Source: Macrostomum lignano
Lineage: Eukaryota
Direction: 5' to 3'
Length of the DNA: 64,000 nt
Assembly (NCBI GenBank): GCA_002269645.1
Contig: NIVC01000892.1
Span: 124,001 to 188,000 of the forward strand
Below are positions 40,901-56,130 of the stretch, in pieces (positions within the stretch are counted from its first letter, which is position 1; every line of letters begins with the position of its first letter). Below the pieces are notes generated by a model. That model was given only the letters and a program-made list of their open reading frames with translations. It had not been told where the DNA came from and did no database searches. The translations under genes and the position numbers were made by a program.

Positions 40901-43492
40901 AATGCGAACAATGACGAAAATTCTGATGTCGCTTTGCTTGAAGTGTTTTGAGATGCAAAGTATTCGTATAATAATATGTATTTATTATTGTAATATTAAT
41001 TAGCAGAAAGAGCCATTGGCAATAATATAATGTATTCTTACCAATAGGTTTCTAATAGCGCTAGTTGGATCGCCACTGTAAATCATCTTCTGATACGAGG
41101 TCAGATTGTTAGCAATCAGAGCCGCCTCGAGTTTTAAAGCCACCTGATTTGTTTAAAAGAATTTTGTGCAAATTTTCATGGCGACTCGAAAAAATCTTTC
41201 AATTCACCATGGAAACTATGCGCTCGCACATAGACAGGTTTTGCTGCGCAATAACTGAATGGACGTTCCCAAGTATACTCTAGATGAACCCGTGATAAGA
41301 ATGCTAAGTGATTGTTTATAACCGGTCAAAATTTGTACATTTTTCCTGCATGCATGATCCTCCTTGAGTCAAAGTGGTTTAGTTGTCGATGAGAACTCAG
41401 ACTCTGAACCGTGCGCGATAGGACCTGGCCTGCATGGGATTCCTGGACTCAAGGTTTTATGTTTTTAGAGACAGTCGGCTGAGTGCACCCTGTCGCTTAC
41501 TTAACTTAAGCGACATTGACACACAACCGGCGAGAGGCATTGCTGCCCATTCCGCCGACTCCCCTGAGCAGGCACACAAGCGGGCGGATACGTACGCAGT
41601 TACGCACAGGCACACACTCACGCAGGAGTGTACAGCAGCCCTAACTTTATTTATCGTTAGGCATGTACACTTCACTGTGCCTTGGGGGTTGGCCCTTAAG
41701 TGCGTTAATTGCATGAGCAGAGCCAAGCCGAGATTCCAATTTAGCCCCAAATGTGACTGAACTTGGCTCATGAGAGCACCGCGCTGGACCACTGGGGCTA
41801 CGGACCCGCTTCCTGAACCCAAAAGCTCCACTAAGTGACCTTGAGCTTTAAAATTGGATTAGAATTTTAAAACAGGCCTATGATGTAGTGGCTTGGAAAC
41901 CCGAGAAACAACGATACAAGCTAAAAACGGGAATCCTTGCGGCTCCAATCCTAGTTTTCTTGCAGTTGACTTCCTTCTTGTCAACAACAGTTTAGGATCA
42001 AGTCCATCCAACCAGACTGCACGCTGTCGAAGTTTGAAAACTAAAACCAAAAAATGTTCGAAAACTTCTGTTTCATCAAGAGAAATTCTTGAACATTCGA
42101 GCAAAATAGGCGAAAGTAAGGACTATTGTGCGTCATGCTACTTATCCGATGGCATGCTATTCTGTTAACCAGCTGCATGGGGTAAAATTTCTCACTGGGT
42201 AGGCCACCGCGAAGTCTGACGCAATGAAGCCGAACTTTTTCCAGCCGAATTTTTTTATGATTTTCACAGTCGGCTCAACAAACAGACTGCTAGCGATTGG
42301 CATTCGAACGTAGTAGGGGTAGAGAGACTTGTCGCTCAGCAGTGGCGACGTGTTTGAGAAGCCGATCTGAAAATAGAAAGTTTATAGGGATGTTACAATT
42401 TGGTCAGTGGCTGTTTTCATGGTTGGTCAGATAATTTCACCAATATTGGTCAAATAATGTCGTCAATATTGGTCAGAGAATGTCATCAATATTGGTCAGA
42501 GATTTTCATCAATATTGGTCAGAGAATGTCAACAATATTGGTCAGAGATTTTCATCAATACTGGTCAGAGAATGTCATCAATATTGGTCAGATAATGTCA
42601 TCAATATTGGTCAGAGATTTTCATCAATATTGATCAGAGAATGTCATCAATATTGATCAGAGAGTGCCATCAATATTGGTCAGATAACAACAGCACTACT
42701 CACCTCAGGCAGGTAGTAGTATTGCAGAATATCCGCCACAATTTGAGATTGGTGCGAGAACGAGGCGCCCAGCAGCAAAGCTTTGTTGGGAGGCTGCAGG
42801 TAGCCGTCAATCAGGGCTTTGGCGGCGCTGCCAGTTTTGTCCTGAAATTTGGCGATTCAAATTTAAAATGAAATTTCCTGGAAATAGACCAGTTTGGGCT
42901 CTGACAAGCAGCTTAGATAAAGAGGGAAAGATTCTGAATGGGACTGAGGGGGGATGATTCTGAATGGGACTGAGGGGGAATGATTCTGAATGGGACTGAG
43001 GGGGAATGATTCTGAGCGGGATTAAGGGGGGATGATTCTGAGCGGGACTAAGGGGGGATGATTCTGAGCGGGACTGAGGGGGAATGATTCTGAGCGGGAC
43101 TGAGGGGGAATGATTCTGAGCGGGACTGAGGGGGAATGATTCTAAGCGGGATTAAGGGGGGATGATTCTGAGCGGGACTGAGGGGGAATGATTCTGAGCG
43201 GGACTGGTAGGGAACGATTGAGTGGGACTGAGGGGGAAGACACACTAATGCATCTCGTCTTAAAAAACGGACTGCTCACTTCCTCAGCAATCTCCAGAGT
43301 GTAGCTCATCTCGAAGGCGGGGAACAGGTGGCTGATATTGTTGGTGATGTACCTGAAGCTGAAATTCAAATAATCCGAGTCCATAGCGAATGGGGTGGCG
43401 CTGGAACTGATGCAAAGCACGTTCACCACTTGGCGTGCTTCAGCTGCCCCGGATGAGGCTAGCAGTAGCAGAATGAGCATTGAATTCGGCAT
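37964..43492 (-). CDS. Class C GPCR, GABA-B-receptor-like (signal peptide, Venus flytrap, 7TM, short tail), copy A, ~13 exons
   Basis: Exon 1 43492-43280, exon 2 42841-42704, further exons near 42370, 41115, 40945, 40770, 40465, 40145, 39865, 39650, 38800, 38480 and 38055. Motifs: GFSNTSPLLSDKSLYPYYVR, KKFGWKK, AYGPKYFWI, GRVVFDSNGDR, WFAGGSPPVD, RLIKMSSPLVNN, GAMLAKTWRVHRIF, FFAWETR..LNDSKKIGVCVYN. No mGluR-type Cys-rich domain. Confidence 0.88.
41481..41803 (-). mobile_element. tRNA-derived SINE in intron 3 of GPCR copy A
   Basis: Body shared with 18769-19194; head CCGTAGCCCCAGTGGTCCAGCGC on the minus strand. Confidence 0.75.
42420..43235. repeat. Intronic minisatellites of GPCR copy A: TCATCAATATTGGTCAGAGA units (42420-42680) and GATTCTGAGCGGGACTGAGGGGGAAT units (42930-43235)
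   Basis: Direct reading; the second array is essentially single-copy in copy B. Confidence 0.9.
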
Positions 43493-43619
43493 TTTCGATT
43501 AACTCCCATCGGAAAAGATGCTCGAATCGGAATCGGCCCGCTCAGTCAGTTCCTTTTGTAGTTGCTGCACACACCTGCCTTGCCGTCTTCAGCCAATGGC
43601 CTTGTCCGCTCGTCCTATG

Positions 43620-44355
<736 letters not shown>

Positions 44356-45139
44356 TAGCCAGCGAGTTTTTACTTGAAGAATTTTCCCAAAAGCCTTGAT
44401 TATTGTGATCCCATGGGATAAAAGAAGATTAAGCCATTAATCTGGCTGCTTTTGACCAGATCTGGCCGGCACGAATTGAGCAAATAATCATAAAGGCAGC
44501 CACATCTTTTGAGCCGGGTAGCTCGTAATGAAGCAGCTCCAACCAAATTAATAGACTGCAAATCTGAATGGAAAAGAAATGCTAAAAGTTTTAATTTAAG
44601 GTGACCAGAAGCAGCTTCCCAAACCATGCGGCAAATTGTAAATCATTTTCACCTGTCAGATCCATTGTATCGCGATTAAAAGGTGCAAATCAACGAACAT
44701 GAAATAGAAAATGACAGAGGAACCTCAAGGGATTGAACGGCAGCTGACATCCTAGAGTGATCTGAAAGCTTATAATATTTTTATGGATCTCCGCATTGCC
44801 CTCATTCTCTAGGAAAAAGAGAGTCGATGCAATAACAGTTTGAAGAAGTTTGCAGAAAACTTCAGCTAGAAGGGACTACTAATGTAGCCAACGTCACGGA
44901 TGAAGGAATAGAACGGATCGCTAATCTAGCCAACGTCACGGATGAAGGAATAGAATGGATTGCTAATCTATCCAACGTCAAGGATGAATGAATAGAATGG
45001 ATTGCTAATCTAGCCAACGTCACGGATGAAGGAATAGAATGGATTGCAAATCTAGCCAACATCACGGATGAAGTATAATATGATTTTTCTAGAATGGATT
45101 ACTACCGATCAAGCCACCAATTTATGAAAAGTCGATGTT

Positions 45140-45650
45140 GTGGTGCCCCTGAGCTAGAATGCAGCTTGCCGATTGACTGCCTACTGATTACCGACTGACT
45201 ACCGACTTTCTACCGACTAACTACTGAGAGGCTACGTACTGACTACCTACCGACCGAATAAACAGCTCACAAAAGCCTCGCAACAATTATACAACACACA
45301 GCACACACAATATTTTCTAGCTTTATATTTGTACAAATCAGTCACGTTCACGCGATGAATGGTCCAATCAATTGTTGAGTTAAAGCCTATAGTCTTCAGT
45401 TTAGCGCAGTGTTGTCAAGCAGGTCGCTTAACAAACAAGTTGCTGTTAAAAAATAGTTTTTCTCATGCCACTTTTATCCTCCATCAACGTACGAGTATTT
45501 ATCGCGCGCTGACCTACAAGCAAAATATGCTAGGCTCGTAGTGAGACTGATGTGATTCCTTCTTTTTTATGGGTCCCAGTGCGTCTGCTCTGCGTAAGAA
45601 AGTACGCGACTTACTCGTATCCGTACATACTCGTAGACACCTGTCCGAGG
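45140..45650 (+). repeat. Copy of a GPCR-paralogue stop codon and 3' flank (also 55255-55740 inverted and 60290-60945)
   Basis: GTGGTGCCCCTGAGCTAGAATGCAGC...CCTGTCCG shared with the 60290 copy. Confidence 0.85.
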
Positions 45651-45921
45651 ATTATCCTCTAAGAAAATTCAGAATTGAGTTTTAATAATTTCCCATTATA
45701 AAACTGAAGTTCAATTGTTTAACCTGTGACGCTTCGTAATATATTCTTTAATTTGCTTCTCATCAAGCTATTTATTTGCTTATCTTATTTGCTTCATAAG
45801 CTCATTGCCTACCTTTAGTAGCAATCCATTCTAGAAAAATGATATTATCCTTCATTTCTGACGTTGGCTAGATTAGCAACTAGCCTCTCACAATCTGATG
45901 AAACTAGAGGCTAATCTGATA

Positions 45922-48023
45922 GTACAACACCGGGTGGCCGTCTTGGCTGAGGATGGCCGATACTGCGGACTCGCTAGCATCTGTCGTCAGGGTGGTCAGC
46001 TTCCTAGGATCACCGGGTACACTGCCAAGGCTCGCTTGAGGTCTTCGAAAGCTTTTTGCTGCTCCAGGCCCCATACACACAAAGCTGGACTTCTGACTCC
46101 GTAAAGCTGTCAAGGGCTCAATCTTCTCCGAATAGGCCTGGATGTAGCGCGCATAATAGTTGGTGAGCCCCAGGAATGACTCCAGCTCCTTCCTTGGCGT
46201 AGGCGGCTTGACCTTCTGGATCTTCTCCACTAGCTTCTTGTCTGGCCGAACTCCATCCGCTGAGATGCGATATCCCAGGAAGCAGATCTCAGTGCTTCGA
46301 AAGACGCACTTCTCATGGTTGATCTCCATGCCGGCCTCTTTAAGGGTGCTGAGCAAATGCTTCACTTTGGTGTCCAGCTCACCTTCTGTCTGAGCGCCCA
46401 CGCAAATTTCCTCTTGATAGATCACCATGTTCGACACCGCGTCGCCAATGGTGGCCTCCATGGCTGCCTGAAATTTGGCACTGGCTGTCTTGACACTGTA
46501 GGGCATTCTCGTCCACCGCAGCAGGCCGATCGGCGTATTGATTGTGAGCACTTCCCTTGCGTTCTCATCCAGCTCGATCTGGTTGTAGGCGTTTGTCAAG
46601 TCGACGGTGGCGAAGTGGTTCATCCCGGACTCAATATGTTGGGCAGCGGGAAGGAGTCGGCGCAGATTTTGGGGTTGACTCCCACCTTGTAGTCCGAGCA
46701 GATTCGCTGATCATTGTTCGATTTGCGCACGACCACAATTGGTGGTACAGGCTCCAGAATCCCCTCTGCACCATCTTCCGCAGCTTCTCGATGACCAGCG
46801 GCTTCATGTGGATCCGTACCTGACGGGCCTCGAAATAGCTTGGCTGCGCATTCTCTTTCAAGACAATCCAAGTCCTGAAGCCCCGCAGCTGATGGCAGGC
46901 TGATGGTTGATGGCAACTCCGTCGAGCTTGAAGTCCAAATCATCGGTGCCCAGCAGCCCATGGTTCTTCTCGCATGCGGCCACAGTAACCTCGATGCAGG
47001 CAACTCTGTCGCTGAGCTCTACCACCGCCAAGAAGCAACCGAGGGTCTTGATGACAGACCCATCGAAGTGGCGAAGCTGCCTGGGACACCGCTTGAGCCG
47101 AGGTTCACTCAAGGCTTTCCAAAAGTTCTTAGGGATGATGCTGGCGTCTGATCCGGAATCGAGCTGCATCGTCGGTAGCTTACCGTCCAGCTTCACATTC
47201 TTGATGCTGCTCGTCTTGATCTTATTCGTGCTGCTGATGGTGAAGACTGGGCTGCGAGCCAGGTTGCCTTCCGGTTCCTCAGTCTGCCGACTTGTTCTGG
47301 GCGCTGCTTTTTCACACGGCTGCTGGAGCTGACTGCTCAGTTGGGGTGCTGGAGCTGGTCGATGACTGCTTGACCTGATCGAAGCTGCTGTACTGCTGGA
47401 TGAGCTCCAGCTGTTGAACATATTCGACGCAGGTATCCAGCTCTCTTAGGATGAACTAGAGAGTCTTGGCCCGATGCTGCACGTTCTGCAGTCCTCTGAT
47501 CAGCATCGTCTGAATGAGCTCGTCCTCGGCAGTCTGATGGCAGCCCTCAGCGTTCAGTTTACTGAATTCACAGTACGTATATGTATATATGTATAGGTAT
47601 ACTCTGCGGACTGCCTCGTGTCCCGCCTTGAACAGGAATAGGTCAGTAATCTGGCTATCTTCATTGGAGTCCGTCAGCTTCTTGCTTCGACTGAGTACGG
47701 CGAAACTCCTGAGCCATGCCTCAGTCATGGCTGGATCATTTAGTGGCAGGTCACTTGCTTGCGACGCCATTCTCGTGCCGTGAAGTTGGCATAAAGAAAC
47801 TCAAGGTTTATTTTAACTAACAAGTAGCCTATATTTAATAATGACTCGAGCAGGGGCTGAGAAAACACAGAAATAGAGTCACGTGATGACAATCAACTAC
47901 GTACAAGTACATGGAAGTACAAGTATGGCCAGTCAGAGCGAAGGGAGAGGAAAGAATGGTGTGCAGGTACGATGCACGTACATAGCATACGTTAGTGAGT
48001 TAGTCAGTGCCTCTGACAGCACA
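45922..48023 (-). mobile_element. Ty3/Gypsy LTR retrotransposon, 5' half (5' LTR ~48023-47773, gag, protease, RT, start of RNase H), decayed
   Basis: LTR starts TGTGCTG; gag MASQ; protease QLDSGSDAS; RT FATVDLTNAYNQI...YQEEICV (degenerate YxDD); RNase H TTDASESAVSAILSQDGHPVLY; frameshifts present. Confidence 0.92.
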
Positions 48024-48758
48024 GTAGCCAACCCCCTAATGCCAGGATTAGCTGATTTCTACCTTCGAAAGTTTTGTTTGCTTAAATCTGTATGTCGCTG
48101 TTTTATCACGTAGCTGTAGGAGGCAGCCACTGGACTACAGTCATGAGCTTTGTTCTCCTAATTGATTACCTGCATGACCGCGTCTCTAAAATGAATACGC
48201 AGACACATTGCAAAAGATTGGCTTAACCTGAGTTGTTCTAAAATTTTCGAATTGGAATGCAGGCTGGGATGAATTTAAAAAGGCGGGAAATTTTTAATTA
48301 AATAAAATGTCTTGCGAGAGACAGGCTTTGTCTTGCTATTTATTAAGTCAATTGTTATGGATGGCATTTCTTTTATAACCTTGCGATGAAATACAGTAGC
48401 TACAGTTTCGTGCAAGTGCCAATTCTACTTCCATCTAAACTTCTAAGTTTCTAAGTTTCTGCGTATCTTCAAAAATATATATAAGGTCTGGTTGAACTAG
48501 CTACATGATAAACCGCCTGTAATAAGTAGTTCACAAAGAGTCGGTATGCTTATGAAACCATATGTCAATTGGTTTTTCTGCATGTAGATGCAGTTAACTA
48601 ATGGTCAGTCGGTAGTCAGTCGGTAGCCAGTCGGTAGTCAGTCGGTAGCCAAACAGTAGCCAGTCGGTAGCCAGTCGGTAGTCAGTCAATAGCCAGTCAG
48701 TAGTCAGTCGGTAGTCAGTTGGTAGTCAGTCGGTAGCCAGTCGGTAGCCAGTCTCACA

Positions 48759-51700
48759 CTAGCTCTGAGGCACGGTGATTCCGGCTGAAGTTTGCATCGC
48801 AGTCTCCATATCGTCAACCTTGCTTGGGCCGTGTTTGATCAGCATGAAGACCTGGAATAATGTTAATCGTTGATTTCAACCGACAAAGTCTATTTTCAAG
48901 ATATTCACAAGCATCACCGCAAGATCGGTCCTCGCACCTTGCTGCCAAACACCAGAATCAGGGTGGTACTTGAACAGATTATGATGCAGCTGGCAATGAG
49001 CGACACTTTCAGATCCTGACTCGACGAGGGCAGAGCGAACAGAATGACCACACCGATGAGACCCATGACGGTGGTGTTGTACACGCACACTCCGATCTTC
49101 TTCGAGTCGTTGAGCGCTTCCACCTGCACCGTGCGAGTCTCCCAGGCAAAGAACAGCGCAAATAACAGCAGAAAACCTTTGACTCCAAGTTCGGAGGCAA
49201 TCCAAATTGTCATGTTGTTGCAGGTGCATACATCGATTGTCGATCGAATGAGAGTTCCGTCTTCAGTTTCCTGGATTTTTTCAGAGGTTTTTCGGCACGT
49301 TGGTTAATATGAAAATAAAATGACTCTTCTGATACTTTTAATTCAACGCCATTGACAGAATTTTAAGCAACAGTGACGCGAACTTTTTAAATTCCTGTTG
49401 TTGTGGCATAAAATAAAGCTGTCAAGGCATACAATTAAGCATTTCTGACAAAAGTTGAACTGATACTACCCCGTACGAGTCCACACCCATATGCCCTTAC
49501 TCACAACGGAGGGCAGAGAGACACTCTTCACCGTGAGCGGATCGATGATTCCCCAAGCGATTAGCAGGACAATATCAGTGGCCAGGACTAGCAGGATAAC
49601 TGCAAACAGATGCGAATCCTTGATGGCCTGGGGAAAGAGAGGAAAATTCGAGCTAAGTTGTTTGCAAAAACGGCACAGGGGATTGATTCGTGCGATATTA
49701 ACGTCTGTCTAAACAAGTAGAACTTCCCAATGTAAAAATATTTTATACAGCGATTTTTAAAGCTGTTTCTCTATGAGTACTGGATTTAGTGCCTATTTTA
49801 TTATTGTATTAGTTGCCAACAACAAAATCTTCCGTGTGTATGTATCGACATGCATCGAAAGTGAATTTTTGTAGAGCAAAATATTTGGATGCATTTTTGG
49901 ATCCATCAGCGAGAATCGTCAATGTGGACGAATCGTTAAGAGGTTTACGTTGGCCTTGCAGGCTCTGATTCTTGAAATTTAATGTTGTAAATTTTTGTTC
50001 GCATTTGTTCGCATTTGGATTCGAACCCTGGACCTCCTGATTTCAAGAATCACGCTTAATAGAGTAAATCGGGAAGATAAAAAGCCCTACTAACAGACCG
50101 GCAGCTAAACTCACCACCCTGCGCAGCTTCACGTTGGTGAAGATGCGGTGCACTCGCCACGTCTTGGCCAGCATGGCGCCGAACGCGGCCGAGTAGCCAA
50201 TGGTGAGCAGAGCCGTTTGAGACCAGCACAGACCGGTGCTCACTGCCCAGTGCGAGTTCACCGCCATCACAATGCAGGACGCGTAGCACATCAGGCAGCC
50301 AGCGCCGATCACGTTGTTCACGAGGGGACTGCTCATCTTGATGAGGCGAAGCTCTCTATAGTGGAAGTTCACAGCCACTGTCGCTATGGAAACGGCGATG
50401 CCGATGGAGGAGGCTGAGCTGAGTGCGATAGTTCCGGCTTCGCTCAGCTGCAGCTGCCTAGTGAGCAGCTCGGGAGCGTCCACCGGAGGTGAGCCGCCTG
50501 AAATTTACACACACGGTTAATAACTGATATCATGTTTTCCTGTTCTCCAGTTTGAGTCCATCGACTCTGATAGATTCTACAACTTTTCAATTTATTCAAG
50601 TTCTCGCATAGACTTAACCGATTCCTTACCTGCGAACCAAAATTTAGAGGTCCAGTTCAACACGTTTTCTATCGGGTCGTATGTGCCAACCAGGTGCCTA
50701 GATAGGTCTGCGAGAATATAAAAGTTACAAATGGAACTTCTGTGAGGTACGACAAGCCACTCCGTGCGCGATATGAGTTAATTGGTGCTGCGAAATTGAA
50801 ATATTCATTCAATAGAGAAATGTGGCATTCTAAATTTAAAACTCTTCCGCTTCAAAGAGCAATAAGAGTATGTTTTAAAAAGTGGCTGAAAAAACGAACT
50901 CTGGCATGGTAACCACAGCCAAGCTCACTTCTCAGCTGGTAGATCATCACCACAGAAGTTCGGTCACCGTTGCTGTCAAACACGACTCGACCCTGCATTG
51001 AGGAGAGGCGTTTGAGCTGTCGTGAGCTCGCAGACTGACCGGCAAAGTAAAAACAACGCAGATAAAAAAGCTAAACTAACAGAGAGACCAATAAAGTCCA
51101 GCTTCAAAATGTTCTTCATCAGCTCAGCTTTGAACGATGAATTGCCCAGCTGCATCTCATCTGAGTAGTTCCACGACTGCAGCGTCTGATTCAGCGCGAG
51201 GGCCGCCGACATCACGGAGTCGAAGCGAAGGTCGAAACCGCGGATTGTCTTCATCCTGGCGTCCGCGAGTCTGGCGGGGTACTCGATGAGGAACTGGCGG
51301 TACAGCTCTGGGAGAGTCTGCGGGCAGTTGCGGGAGGGAGTCGTCTGCAAGCCTCTGATGATGCTGCACTGCAGGCCCCTACAGCTGTGGGAGAGTCTGC
51401 AGGACAAATGAACAAGGATCAGCTCATACCTTTCCAGCGGGTCCAATCCTTGTCTCAATCAGCGCAGGGTCCATCACTGCCGTGTCCGTCTCGATGGAGC
51501 CCTCCAGACTCTCTGCCCTGTCGGAGTCTGGACAGGAGCCCTCAAAATGGGTGGTGGTGAACGGCAGACCCACTTGGATCCAGAAGTACTTCGGACCGTA
51601 GGCGCCCAGTTGTTTGAGCTGAAGGTCAGTTAGTGCAGGTTTGGAGGCGATCATTACGGCAGGAAAACAATATTACAAGAATTTACAGCATTGGCTATTG

Positions 51701-54082
51701 TCGGTGCAAGTATTATAAAGTCGTATATATTTCTATAGAAACTTACAACGCATCCGAACCGTTTGCCCGTATCTTCCATGCTGCCAATGCGAACAATGAT
51801 GAAAATTCTGATGTCGCTTTGCTTGAAGTGTTATTGAGATGCAAAGTATTCGTATCATAATATGTATTTATTATTGTAATATTAATTAGCAGAAACAGCT
51901 ATTGGCAATATATAATGTAGTCTTACCAATAGGTTTTTAATTGCGTTAGTTGGATCGCCACTGTAAATCATTTTCTGATACGAGGTCAGATTGTTAGCAA
52001 TCAGAGCCGCCTCGAGTTTTAAAGCCACCTGATTTGTTTGAATGAATAATTTTGTGCAAATTTTCATGGCGACTCGAAAAATTCATTCAATTCACCATGG
52101 AAACTACATAGACAGGTTTTGCTGCGCAATAACTGAATGGACGTTCTCAAATGTACTCTAGATGAACCCGTGATAAGAATTCTATGAGTCAAAGTGGTTT
52201 AGTTGTCGATGAGAACTCCGACTCTGAACCGTGCGCGATAGGACCTGGCCTGGATGGGATTCCTGGACTCAAGGTTTTTAGAGACAGTCGGCTGAGTGCA
52301 CCCTGGCGCACTTTAAGCGACATTGACACACAACCGGCGAGAGGCATTGCTGCCCATTTCGCCGACTCCCCTGAGCAGGCACACTAGCGCGCGGATACGT
52401 ACGCAGTCATACGCACAGGCACACAGGAGTGCACAGCGACCATAAATTTATTTATCGTTAGGCATGTACACTTCACTGTGCCTTGGGGGCTGGCCCTCAA
52501 GCTGGGCGTTAATTGCACAAGCAGAGCCAAGCCGAGATTCCAATTTAGCCCCAAATTAATGTGACTGCATTTGGCTTATGAGAGCACCGCGCTGGACCAC
52601 TGGGGCTACGGACCCGCTTCCTGAACCCAAAAGCTCCACTAAGTGACCTTAAGCTTTAAAATTGGATTAGAATTTTTAAACAGCCCCATGTAGTGGCTTG
52701 GAAACCCGCGAAACAACGATACAAGGTAAAAATGGAAATCCTTGCGGCTCCAATCCTAGTTTTCTTGCAGTTGACTTCCTTCTTGTCAACAACAGTTTAG
52801 GATCAAGTCCATCCAACCAGACTGCACGCTGTCGAAGTTTGAAAAGTAAAACCAAAAAAATGTTCAAAAACTTCTGTTTCATCAAGAGAAATTCTTGAAC
52901 ATTCCAGCAAAATAGGCGAAAGTAAGGACTATTGTGCGTCATGCTACTTATCCGATGGCATGCTATAACTGTTAACCAGCTGCACAGGGTAAAATTTCTC
53001 ACTGGGTAGGCCACCGCGAAGTCTGACGCAATGAAGCCGAACTTTTTCCAGCCAAATTTTTTTATGATTTTCACTGTCGGCTCAACAAACAGACTGCTAG
53101 CGATTGGCATTCGAACGTAGTAGGGGTAGAGAGACTTGTCGCTCAGCAGTGGCGACGTGTTTGAGAAGCCGATCTGAAAATTGAAAGTTTAAAGGGATGT
53201 TACAATTTGGTCAGTGGCTGTTTTCATGGTTGGTCAGATAATTTCATCAATATTGGTCAAATAATGTCGTCAATATTGGTCAGAGATTTTCATCAATACT
53301 GGTTAGAGAATGTCATCGATTTTGGTCAGAGAGTGCCATCAGTATTGGTCAGAGAGTGCCAACAGTATTGGTCAGAGAGTGCCATCAGTATTGGTCAGAG
53401 AGTGCCATCAGTATTGGTCAGAGAGTGCCAACAGTATTGGTCAGAGAGTGCCAACAGTATTGGTCAGAGAGTGCCAGCAGTATTGGTCAGAGAGTGCCAG
53501 CAGTATTGGTCAGAGAGTGCCATCAGTATTGGTCAGAAAACAACAGCACTACTCACCTGAGGCAGGTAGTAGTATTGCAAAATATCCGCCACAATTTGAG
53601 ATTGGTGCGAGAACGAGGCGCCCAGCAGCAGAGCTTTGTTGGGAGGCTGCAGGTAGCCGTCAATCAGAGCTTTGGCGGCGCTTCCAGTTTTGTCCTGAAA
53701 TTTCAGGATTCAAATTTAAAATGAAATTTCCTGGAAATAGACTAGTTGGGGCTCTGACAAACAGCTTAGATAAAGAGGGAATGATTCTGAGCGGGACTGG
53801 AAGGGAACGATTGAGTGGGACTGAGGGGGAAGACACACTAATGCAGCTCGTCTTTAAAAAACTGCTCACTTCCTCAGCAATCTCCAGAGTGTAGCTCATC
53901 TCGAAGGCGGGGAACAGGTGGCTGATGTTGTTGGTGATGTACCTGAAGCTGAAATTCAAATAATCGGAGTCCATAGCGAATGGGGTGGCGCTGGAACTGA
54001 TGCAAAGCACGTTCACCACTTGGCGTCCAGCAGCTGCCCCGGATGAGGCTAGGAGGAGCAAAATGAGCATTCGATTCGACAT
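48759..54082 (-). CDS. Class C GPCR, GABA-B-receptor-like, copy B (close paralogue of copy A, same exon structure)
   Basis: The same exons are present with few substitutions (e.g. PTNAIKNLL vs PTSAIRNLL; WTSKFWFAG vs WTAKLWFAG); no stops seen in the exons inspected; stop TAG at 48759-48761. Confidence 0.88.
52293..52612 (-). mobile_element. tRNA-derived SINE in intron 3 of GPCR copy B
   Basis: Same position as the SINE in copy A, so the insertion predates the duplication. Confidence 0.75.
53230..53540. repeat. 21-bp AGTATTGGTCAGAGAGTGCCA minisatellite in intron 2 of GPCR copy B
   Basis: Direct reading. Confidence 0.9.
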
Positions 54083-54210
54083 TTTCGATAAAGTCCTATC
54101 GGATAAGATGCTCGAATCGGAATCGGGCCCGCTCCGTCAGTTCCTTTTGTAGTTTATGCACACACATGCCTTGCCGCCTTTAGCCAATGGCCTTGTCCGC
54201 CCGTCCAATG

Positions 54211-54705
<495 letters not shown>

Positions 54706-55747
54706 GGCTGCTTTTGACCAGATCTGGCACTAATTGGGCAAATAATCATAAAGGCTTGTGAGCCGGGTAGCTCGTAATGAAGCAGCTCCAACCAAATTAA
54801 TAGACTGCAAATCTGAATGGAAAAGAAATGCTAAAAGTTTCAATTTAAGATGACCAGAGGCAGCTTCCCAAACGATGCGGCAAATTGTAGATCATTTTCA
54901 CCTGTTAGATCCATTGTATTGCGATTAAAAGGTGAAAATCAACGAACAAGAAATAGAAAATGACAGAGGAACCTCAAGGGATTGAACGGCAGCTGACGTC
55001 CTAGAGTGATCTGAAAGCTTATAATATTTTTATGGATCTCCGCATTGCCCTCATTCTCTAGGAATTAGAAAGTCAATGCAATAACTGTTTGCAGAAAACT
55101 TCAGCTAGAAGGGACTACTAATGTAGCCAACGTCACGGATGAAGGAATGGAATGGACTGCTAATCTAGCCAACACCAGAAATGATAGAATGGAATGGACT
55201 GCTAATCTAGCCAACACCAGAAATGATAGAATAGAATGGACTGCTAATCTTATGTACTTATGCACGAGTAAGTCGGGTACTTTCGTACGCAGAGCAGACG
55301 CACTAGCACCCGTAAAAAAGAAGGAATCACATCAGTCTCGCTACGAGCCTAGTATATTTTGCTTGTAGGCCATCGCGCGATAAATACTCGTACGTTGATG
55401 GAGGATAAGAGTGGCATGAGAAAAACTATTTTTTTAAACAGCAACTTGTTTGTTAAGCGACCTGCTTGACAACACTGCGCTCAACTGAAGACTAAAGGCT
55501 TTAACTCAACAATTGATTGGACCATTCATCGCGTGAACGTGACTGATTTGTACAAATATAAAGCTAGAAAATATTGCGTGTGCTGTGTGTTGTATAATTG
55601 TTGCGAGGTTATTGTGAGCTGTTTATTCGGTAGGTAGGTAGTCAGTACGTAGCCTCTCAGTAGTTAGTCGGTAGAAAGTCGGTAGTCAATCGGTAGTCAG
55701 TCGGTAGTCAGTCGGTGTTCAGTCGGTAGACAGTCGGTAAGGACTAT

Positions 55748-56105
55748 TTTGCTGAGTCCAGCACAGGCCGGTGCTCACTGCTCAGTGCGAGGTCACCGCC
55801 ATCACAATGCAGGACGCGTAGCACATCAGACAGCCAGCGCCGATCACGTTGTTCACGAGGGGACTGCTCATCTTGATGAGGCGCAGCTCTCTGTATTGGA
55901 AGTTGATTTCTTTAAGAAAGAAGAAGATGCCGATGGAGGAGGCTGAGGTGAGTGCGATAGTTCCGGCTTCGCTCAGCTGCAGCTGCCTAGTGAGCAGCTC
56001 GGGAGCGTCCACCGGAGGTGAGCCGCCTGAAATTTACACATACAGTTAATAACTGATCTCATGCTTTCCTGTTCTCCTGTTTGAGTCCATCGATTCTGAT
56101 AGATT
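55748..56105 (-). pseudogene. Truncated GPCR pseudo-exon (TM1-TM3 exon plus preceding intron) of a third copy
   Basis: GSPPVDAPELLTRQ...SIGIFFFLKEINFQYRELRLIKMSS...VTSH*AVSTGLCWTQ: deletion in TM1, TGG changed to TGA, then fused to 3'-flank repeats. Confidence 0.85.
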
Positions 56106-56130
56106 GGACGGTGTTGAACAACTTAGCTTC